Made by a program: the position numbers and the translations under genes
Source of the DNA: Bacteroidota bacterium
GTDB lineage: Bacteria; Bacteroidota; Bacteroidia; NS11-12g; UBA9320
Assembly: GCA_002746305.1 (NCBI GenBank)
Contig: NVWV01000009.1
Span: 72,455 to 136,454, forward strand
Direction of reading: 5' to 3'
DNA length: 64,000 nt
Notes under the pieces: model-generated
Told to the model about the DNA's origin: nothing
The model's input: the letters and a program-made list of their open reading frames with translations, nothing else
Databases searched by the model: none
In this document: positions 57,164-64,000 of the stretch, one piece after another
Numbering within the stretch: position 1 is the stretch's first letter
How the letters are laid out: each line of letters starts with the position of its first letter

Positions 57164-57235
57164 AATTAATGTCACGACTGCTTTTGTGTTCATATTCTCA
57201 CAAGATGTAGCACTATCATTGCAGTCTGGAGTAGA

Positions 57236-59119
57236 TTGGTCTTGAAATTGGATAAACTAATATTATTTACTTTCTGTGTAGTTATGGGTGTTAAAACCAT
57301 GGCTCAAGATTCCAGTGCCTTTTTCACCTTCACTTCTGAAGATATAGAAACCAATAATATCCAAAACTTAGAAGGTGTTTTAAGATTACTCCCCTCATTA
57401 CATCAGTATACTATAGACGATAGAGCCATTACTTCTTTTGGGATGCTTTCATTGCAAAATATTGCAATATTAAAAGATGGCCTTCCTCTTATGATGGATC
57501 AAAACACTTACTACGATCTAAGATCTATTCCAATCTGGGATTTAGAAAAAATAGAAGTACTCCTTGCTCCGATTTCAAATACCATTAAGAATAGCAGTGC
57601 CATTATTATTAAACTATTCTCGAAAAGCACTAATCCCATCGCTTCGGAGTCAGCTATTTATATAATCAATAACTCTGCTTCTGACTTACACGCTAATCTT
57701 CAATTTGGATTCAGCAATTTAGTTCATACTGCAAAGATTGGCATTAATAGGAGCTTTACTCAAGCTCTATATAAAGATGTTGAGGATAGAGGAACTTCCA
57801 TAAGTGCAGCTGAAAGATATGATTTGAATTTTAGATATAAATTTCAAATACTTAGGAGTTTAAGCCTAACAATCAGCAGTGATAATAGTCTACTCAGGTC
57901 AAAAGATAAAGGTGAAATAATAGAAGGGACTACAAGGGTGCGGGATGTAAATCAGGACTTCAACAGACATATATTAAGAGGATCTATTGAAACGGCTCTA
58001 TCTAAAAATCACATGCTTACTCTAAATGGGTTGATTCATAGATACAAAAATGGTCTTTCAACCTGGGATAAAGACCTTAGCAATTCTGAACAACAACAGT
58101 ACTACGGCAAGGACATACCCTACAGTGTGGGCTATGATCAAGGGTACATGCAATTGATTTTGACCTCAAAAAACAGAACATTAAACTATTCTGCAGGAGT
58201 TGAACTTTCAAACACAAAGGACAACCAGTTTTCTAATATAAATGCAATAGCTACAGAGTATGCAGATTACTCGGCATTCGGTATGTTTGAATATCAATTT
58301 AGAAATACCTTTAAGTTACAGGGCGGAGCCAAACTATTAACCAATAGTCTAAGTGGGAGTTATCTACTTCCTCATGGGAGACTTACTCTTGCTCCTAACA
58401 ATGAATTACAACTAGAAGCCACCTATCAGAAATCACTTTCCTATGCTCGATTTGAAGAACTGTTTTACACTTCAGACCTTAACAACGGAATACAAAATAA
58501 TATCCTACTGAGCCCAATTGACCTCAACTCCTTCAATTTTAGAGTATTGATTGAAAAGAAACATCTTCGAATACAATCCGGGCTTCTTTATGTCAATAAA
58601 AATAGGATTCCACAGGTTTCTAATCTCAATACATTGACCAATACTGGCAAAAGTATAAGTACTACAACCTATGCATCTTTAGCATATAAAACCGACTGGA
58701 TCAACATTAGACCAACAGTCATGCTTCATGGAATTAATGGAACCAGAGATACTACTAGTTTGACCTTCTTCTATCCAGAACTTAATATTTACGGACATAT
58801 ACAGATCCCCAACACTTCACTCTTGATTGGCTCAACAGCACGTTTTTTGGGAAAGAACAGCTCAACATACTTGAAGCACAATAAAATTTTCCTAAAACAA
58901 GTAGATGGACATAGACACATTTCTGTTTCTATTAAAAACACGTTCAAGAATGATAAATTGAGTGTCCTTTTCGGAACAACTAACCTTTTGAATACCAATT
59001 TTATATCAGAAAAGACTTTTAGGTTAACAAATACGGGGCAAGAACTAATTAGTGATTTGGATGCCGTAGCATCCAGAAATAGAGCATTCTTCTTCAAAAT
59101 TAATTATAGAATAAAGTGA
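57236..59119 (+). CDS. TonB-dependent receptor (short, divergent; HmuR-like context)
   Basis: Plug-like N-terminus (SEDIE..NIQNLEGVLRLLPSL, ILKDGLP, EKIEV), amphipathic beta strands, C-terminal GTTNLLN...RAFFFKINYRI. Confidence 0.72.
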   Translation: MVLKLDKLILFTFCVVMGVKTMAQDSSAFFTFTSEDIETNNIQNLEGVLRLLPSLHQYTIDDRAITSFGMLSLQNIAILKDGLPLMMDQNTYYDLRSIPIWDLEKIEVLLAPISNTIKNSSAIIIKLFSKSTNPIASESAIYIINNSASDLHANLQFGFSNLVHTAKIGINRSFTQALYKDVEDRGTSISAAERYDLNFRYKFQILRSLSLTISSDNSLLRSKDKGEIIEGTTRVRDVNQDFNRHILRGSIETALSKNHMLTLNGLIHRYKNGLSTWDKDLSNSEQQQYYGKDIPYSVGYDQGYMQLILTSKNRTLNYSAGVELSNTKDNQFSNINAIATEYADYSAFGMFEYQFRNTFKLQGGAKLLTNSLSGSYLLPHGRLTLAPNNELQLEATYQKSLSYARFEELFYTSDLNNGIQNNILLSPIDLNSFNFRVLIEKKHLRIQSGLLYVNKNRIPQVSNLNTLTNTGKSISTTTYASLAYKTDWINIRPTVMLHGINGTRDTTSLTFFYPELNIYGHIQIPNTSLLIGSTARFLGKNSSTYLKHNKIFLKQVDGHRHISVSIKNTFKNDKLSVLFGTTNLLNTNFISEKTFRLTNTGQELISDLDAVASRNRAFFFKINYRIK

Positions 59120-60114
59120 AAAAGCTGCTTTACATATCAATTCTATTGCTTGCAACAAGTTGTTTCAAAAAGGATGCTGTTTTACCGAAAAAATCTCCGG
59201 ACTCGTTTGAAATCAACCTTAGTATAAAGGGAAACCAAGCATCTTATATTAATTTAACCAATCTACAAAATAGTTACGATGGAAAAACTGCTAACTGGCA
59301 CCTTAAGTTTCAAAACGATGAATTGGGCTGGTACATTTACCTAAACACTTTACAAAATGTTGCAATCCATAACACAACAGAAACAGACTATGATCTGGTT
59401 GACCAAGACTACAATATCCTAGACCTTCCATGGCAATTAGATATTCCTGCTTCCCAAGGTTCGCAACCCGCCATAGGCGAATGGGGAGACTTCAACTTCC
59501 CCAACCCAAAGTCCTTTAAGAACGTATATTTAATCTCTTGGAATGATGGGATTACTTCTTTCGTTTACAAACTTCAAATTTTAGACGCAAGCACAGATAG
59601 GTATCATCTACGATATGGCACCTTAGATGGAGCTATCACTAAATCAGTTTGGATTACAAAAGACAAAGAACACAGACACTCCTATTTCTCATTTAAGTCA
59701 GGGAGTGACATACAAATAGAGCCTAAAGTAAACGATTGGAACTTTTGTTTCACATACTTACAAGACTCCATCATTAGCCATAAAAACATACCTCATGCTA
59801 CAACTATCAATAAGTCTTTCGGCTTGTATCAGGGTGTTATTATCAACCAATCAAATACTCAGATTTTCTTGGACACTTCAAATAGCTTCGATGATATCGA
59901 CTTCTTTTTCGCCAGAGATCTGGAATACAATACCATTGATGAAATTATAAATCTATTCTATACTTGGAATATAAATAGTCAGTCAATTGAGGCATCAGAA
60001 AACCTAACCTTAATCACAAAAGACGAAAACAGATACTATGCTTTAAAAGCAGAGGAACTTGAAGGTTCCAGTATTGAAGACATCAGAATAAAGCTTAAAA
60101 TTAAACAGCTTTAG
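59116..60114 (+). CDS. HmuY-like lipoprotein with two internal HmuY-type repeats
   Basis: Lipobox LATS-C; SYINL...NWHLKF and SYFSF...EP..NDWNFCFT; GTGA overlap with the receptor. Confidence 0.65.
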   Translation: MKKLLYISILLLATSCFKKDAVLPKKSPDSFEINLSIKGNQASYINLTNLQNSYDGKTANWHLKFQNDELGWYIYLNTLQNVAIHNTTETDYDLVDQDYNILDLPWQLDIPASQGSQPAIGEWGDFNFPNPKSFKNVYLISWNDGITSFVYKLQILDASTDRYHLRYGTLDGAITKSVWITKDKEHRHSYFSFKSGSDIQIEPKVNDWNFCFTYLQDSIISHKNIPHATTINKSFGLYQGVIINQSNTQIFLDTSNSFDDIDFFFARDLEYNTIDEIINLFYTWNINSQSIEASENLTLITKDENRYYALKAEELEGSSIEDIRIKLKIKQL

Positions 60115-61433
60115 TTAAAGGCAAAGTCGGCATCCTCAAACTTTCCGGAACTCATCAGAAGTATATTCTGTTTATTATTAAATGCTAAATTCACAATTTC
60201 AGTTAGTTCCTCTGGAGAATTAACTACTTCCACGTTTTTGAAACACTTTATAACGAATGACGCAGCAATTGGTTCCATTTTCTTATGGGCAAAAACTGAA
60301 TCATTGTAAAAAACAATTGCTCTATCTGCACTCTCCATCGTATCCTGATACAGTGGTAAAAACTCTTTATTGAGACTACTAAAAGTATGCAATTCAAAAA
60401 CTGCTAATAGATTCCCATCATATGTCTCTTTAATTGCCTCGGTGGTAGCCTTTAACTTGCTTGGAGAATGTGCAAAATCCCTATAAACAACCTGATGTTC
60501 ATTCTCTACAACCTTTTCCATCCTTCTACCAGCTCCCGAAAAAGACTTGGCGGCACTGTAAAATTCATTCTTTGAAACCCCCAACTTCTCACATATTATT
60601 TGAGCAGATACGAGGTTCTCCAAATTATGCTTTCCAACAATAGACAACGGGTACTTCAAATCTCCATCAACTATGATACTTCCATTCTTTGTTGTAACAA
60701 ATTCTGGAGTATCATAAAATTGATTTAACACTCTAGTTTCCTTAGACAGCTCAGATAGTATTGGATCTTTTTTAAACCAGTAATATTCACCATCAGATGT
60801 ATGAGTTTCAATGTATTTTCTAAACGTATCAATGTATAAATCAAAAGTTGGAAAAACATTGATATGGTCATAAGCTATTCCTGTAATTATGGAATAGTGA
60901 GGTTTATACCACAAAAACTTGGACCTCAAATCCATTGGAGACGATAGGTACTCATCTCCTTCTATTATAATCAAAGGGGCATCTGTAAGCTTTACAGAAA
61001 GGTCAAATCCATTAATAGAACTTCCTACCAGAAAATCGAATTCCATTCCAATTTCGGAAAGCACGTGCATTATCATAGCTGTAGTGGTCGTTTTCCCGTG
61101 ACTTCCTGCTACTACTACTCTCTTCTTATCTGAAGATTCCGACGCCACAAACTCAGGGAAAGACATGATCTTTAATCCCAGTTCTTTGGATCTTTTTAGC
61201 TCAGGATTATCTTTCCTAGCATGCATCCCTAAGATTATTACATCAATCGAATCATCAATGACAGAAGCATCCCAACCTATAGAAGGTAAGAGACCTGCTT
61301 CTTTCAAATTGCCTCTTGCAGGGTCATAGATTGCATCGTCACTTCCTGTGACTTTATACCCTCTTCTTTTGAGTGCTATAGCTAAATTGTGCATAATAGC
61401 ACCTCCTACTGCAATTAAATGTACGCGTTTCAA
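60111..61433 (-). CDS. mpl: UDP-N-acetylmuramate:L-alanyl-gamma-D-glutamyl-meso-diaminopimelate ligase (Mpl/MurC-like)
   Basis: HLIAVGGAIMHNLA, VTGSD, VAGSHGKTTTT, IEGDEY, DHINVF, GAGRRME, DFAHSPSK, FELHTFS. Confidence 0.88.
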   Translation of the reverse strand: MKRVHLIAVGGAIMHNLAIALKRRGYKVTGSDDAIYDPARGNLKEAGLLPSIGWDASVIDDSIDVIILGMHARKDNPELKRSKELGLKIMSFPEFVASESSDKKRVVVAGSHGKTTTTAMIMHVLSEIGMEFDFLVGSSINGFDLSVKLTDAPLIIIEGDEYLSSPMDLRSKFLWYKPHYSIITGIAYDHINVFPTFDLYIDTFRKYIETHTSDGEYYWFKKDPILSELSKETRVLNQFYDTPEFVTTKNGSIIVDGDLKYPLSIVGKHNLENLVSAQIICEKLGVSKNEFYSAAKSFSGAGRRMEKVVENEHQVVYRDFAHSPSKLKATTEAIKETYDGNLLAVFELHTFSSLNKEFLPLYQDTMESADRAIVFYNDSVFAHKKMEPIAASFVIKCFKNVEVVNSPEELTEIVNLAFNNKQNILLMSSGKFEDADFAFN

Positions 61434-61480
61434 TACTATTTTTACCTAAATCTACGTTTACGAATGTATATCCTATTCTC

Positions 61481-61711
61481 ATGAAAAAAATAGCATTTGT
61501 TGGCATAATATTAGTTTCTGGCTTATTTAGTTTACAGTATAGCCTCTTTGGTTCTCACGGAGAGAGATATCTCCAAAATAATCTTCCAGCATTTGAAACA
61601 GAAGCGTTTTGTGCACCAAATGAAATTACTAAATACCAAGTAATTTATATTTGTCCGGACGATAGCTCCCAATTAAAAAAATTGGAAGAAGCAGTAAGGA
61701 TATTGCTCTGA
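61481..61711 (+). CDS. Small hypothetical protein with N-terminal hydrophobic segment
   Basis: 76-aa ORF, MKKIAFVGIILVSGLFSL; fills the gap between mpl and the glycosyltransferase. Confidence 0.55.
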   Translation: MKKIAFVGIILVSGLFSLQYSLFGSHGERYLQNNLPAFETEAFCAPNEITKYQVIYICPDDSSQLKKLEEAVRILL

Positions 61712-61788
61712 AACATCCTGAATACATTTTCTATTCAATCATCTTAATTATATTCTCATAAAATAATAATTGCCTTAATTTGCATTTT

Positions 61789-62718
61789 ATGATTTCAGTC
61801 ATTCTACCTGTATATAATGAGGAGGAAGGTCTTCAAACCTTTGTCAAAAGTCTTATAATCGAGCTTCAAAAAACAAAGGAAGTATTTGAACTCATATTTG
61901 TAAATGACGGTAGTAAGGATAAATCACTTCAGGTGATTAAACACATCTGTACTGAATGCTCCAATTATAAGTACATTGATTTAAGCCGAAATTTCGGACA
62001 CCAGATTGCTGTTTCTGCAGGAATAGATTATGCAACTGGTGACAAGGTAGTATTAATAGACAGTGACGGTCAAGACCCACCGGAAGTAATTCACGAAATG
62101 CTTCTCAAATTACGGGAGGGCTTTGATGTCGCATATGCTCAGCGTGCAAAAAGGGAAGACGAATCCGTTTTAAAAAAACTCACTGCAACATTTTTCTATA
62201 AGCTTCTTAATAGAATTACGTCTATTGAGATACCTGTAGACACCGGAGATTTTAGAATCATGAATAGGAAGGTAATTAACGCTTTAAAACGAATGCCCGA
62301 AAAACAGCGGTACCTAAGAGGTCAGATTGCTTGGCTAGGATTCAAACAAACCCCTGTTATATACGAAAGAAAGGGACGTGAAACAGGAGAAACTGGTTAC
62401 ACCTACCGTAAGATGATTCATTTAGCATTAGATGCAATCACCTCCTTTTCAAATTGGCCACTTCGGGTAGCTACTATTTCTGGCTTTGCATTTGCAATTA
62501 TTGGGTTCTTCTTAATTCTATACACCTTATACGCTAGATTTGTGCTCAACGATTATCAACCAGGCTGGCCATCATTGATGATTACAATCGTTTTTTTAGG
62601 AGGCATACAGCTTCTTGGGATAGGTATGATTGGAGAGTACATTAGTCGAATCAACGAGAATGTAAAAAATCGACCTCTTTACCTTATTGGTGAAAGTAAT
62701 ATAGAGGAGGATGCATAG
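61789..62718 (+). CDS. GT2 glycosyltransferase (YkoT/GtrB-like, two C-terminal TMs)
   Basis: ISVILPVYNE, VNDGSKD, SRNFGHQ, IDSDGQDPP, DTGDFRIM, GIGMIGEYISRI...RP.Y. Confidence 0.93.
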   Translation: MISVILPVYNEEEGLQTFVKSLIIELQKTKEVFELIFVNDGSKDKSLQVIKHICTECSNYKYIDLSRNFGHQIAVSAGIDYATGDKVVLIDSDGQDPPEVIHEMLLKLREGFDVAYAQRAKREDESVLKKLTATFFYKLLNRITSIEIPVDTGDFRIMNRKVINALKRMPEKQRYLRGQIAWLGFKQTPVIYERKGRETGETGYTYRKMIHLALDAITSFSNWPLRVATISGFAFAIIGFFLILYTLYARFVLNDYQPGWPSLMITIVFLGGIQLLGIGMIGEYISRINENVKNRPLYLIGESNIEEDA

Positions 62719-63268
62719 CATAGAACCTTTTTTCTTATGGAGAGACTTCTATTTATCAGACCAAGATCCCAATGCCTTAAACTATGGCCTAGAGTATTCT
62801 GAGTTTAATTACACCAATCAAGTCTATAATTATCTTCTTCATCCGCAATGGGATGATTTCGGGAGTGACACTCTATTCTATAAACTATTGTATGCTGATT
62901 ATGACGAAAAATTTTGTGTAATCGAACTAATCGGAGAATGGAATGATGCCATTAGCAATGACATCATGGTACTCAAAACTGAATTGATAGATCATTTAAT
63001 CGATCTCGGCATAGAAAACTTTGCAATAATCGCTGAAAACGTGCTCAACTTTCATGCTGGAGACGATGACTACTACCAAGAATGGAAGGACGATATAGGT
63101 GGAGGTATCTATATTATAAATGCTCTTCCACATGTATTAGAAGAAATGGAGTCCATTAGACTTCAACACTACATTACCTTTGGAGGCAGGCTAAACGACA
63201 TAAGTTGGCGAGGAATAAAACCCGATCAACTCTTGGAGTTATTAGAGACCCAATATCTCGATATATAA
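62711..63268 (+). CDS. Conserved-looking acidic hypothetical protein
   Basis: 185-aa ORF overlapping the GT2 stop; aromatic-rich motifs HPQWDDFGS, ELIGEWND. Confidence 0.8.
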   Translation: MHSIEPFFLWRDFYLSDQDPNALNYGLEYSEFNYTNQVYNYLLHPQWDDFGSDTLFYKLLYADYDEKFCVIELIGEWNDAISNDIMVLKTELIDHLIDLGIENFAIIAENVLNFHAGDDDYYQEWKDDIGGGIYIINALPHVLEEMESIRLQHYITFGGRLNDISWRGIKPDQLLELLETQYLDI

Positions 63269-63332
63269 ATTTCATTTTTCAGCTTGAAACTACACTCGTA
63301 TATTGCTTGATTTTTCAGAGAGTGCAATTGAA

Positions 63333-64000
63333 GTGAAAGTAGAAAACGACTCAAAATATAAATTAATATTCAGTGTATTTAGACACCCATTCTTGGGTGT
63401 TATGATACACCCTTATGTTGTTGCATATACTTCTTTAGACACTCTTTCTTTAACATATCAAAAGGTATTCTCGGGGAATGCTTCCTACTATTCAAAGTTA
63501 AGTACCCAAGAACTAGAACAAATACGTGCTTTAGACGATATAATGGTTGAAAATATTGTTAAAATATTCTCACCTAAAGAAAAAATAAGACCAAAGGAAT
63601 ATTTTCATAAATACTTTACAAAGGATGAACTTAAAAAATCGATTCGTCCCTATATTGAAAAAAGGATCACCAATCTATTCAGCTTTTTACCAGATGATAT
63701 GGATAGTCTTTATGTAGCCGACGAAATAAATCCTGCAGCCATACCAATAACCATTCATAAAGACTTCACAAAAGTCTTATTTCATTTTAGAAAAAACGAG
63801 AATGGCACTTCCTATTTTATTACTTTAAAACATGACGATGAGCGAATTCCGTTTATGAAACTTGGAGGAATGCTCCTCTCCCAAAACCCTGCTCGCATAC
63901 TCGTAAATCGAGCTGTTTATAAATTCTACGATTTTGTTGATGGAAGCAAAATCGGAATATTTATAAATAAAAAATTCGTTCATATCAAACCTGAGAACGA
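63333..64000 (+). CDS. N-terminus of a large protein, probably a Bacteroidota SNF2/DEAD-box helicase; truncated by window edge
   Basis: Open frame from GTG 63333 (MKVENDSKYKLIFSVFRHPFLGVMIHPYVV...) to the window end. The helicase call rests on recalled resemblance of this N-terminus; no helicase motif is inside the window. Confidence 0.55.
   Translation, partial: MKVENDSKYKLIFSVFRHPFLGVMIHPYVVAYTSLDTLSLTYQKVFSGNASYYSKLSTQELEQIRALDDIMVENIVKIFSPKEKIRPKEYFHKYFTKDELKKSIRPYIEKRITNLFSFLPDDMDSLYVADEINPAAIPITIHKDFTKVLFHFRKNENGTSYFITLKHDDERIPFMKLGGMLLSQNPARILVNRAVYKFYDFVDGSKIGIFINKKFVHIKPEN

Noticed and set aside
62711-63268. STAS/anti-anti-sigma-like fold in the C-terminal half
   Set aside because: The conserved D-S-S/T-G phosphorylation motif is absent; the resemblance is too vague.

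Overview
AT-rich Bacteroidota chromosome segment. The assignment rests on six proteins with type IX secretion (T9SS) C-terminal domains, a PorV-family gene, and TAnnTTTG -7 promoter boxes just upstream of many starts. The first ~34 kb is accessory-looking: large modular T9SS cargo proteins (a 2209-aa receptor-L/LRR-like solenoid protein, a 1018-aa seven-repeat propeller protein, a 1080-aa Cys-rich repeat protein, a multicopper oxidase, an M43 protease and a 213-aa minimal cargo). These are interleaved with two TPR-sensor two-component systems (HisKA_2 kinase + LytTR regulator; hybrid kinase-REC-AraC), each next to a matching-style 21-bp-period direct repeat. It also holds a lipoprotein fusing a c-type cytochrome to a PHM/DBH-like copper monooxygenase with all six Cu ligands. 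The rest is mostly housekeeping (pdhB, trhO, msrAB, dps, MATE, sucA, mfd, kynU, mpl), plus a Tro/Mnt-type metal ABC operon whose permease is fused to a DtxR-family repressor, followed by a TonB receptor and a tandem HmuY-like lipoprotein. Two orphan promoter-terminator units may be small RNAs. No rRNA, tRNA, CRISPR array, integrase or transposase was seen. Family assignments come from motif recognition by eye; no database search was run.
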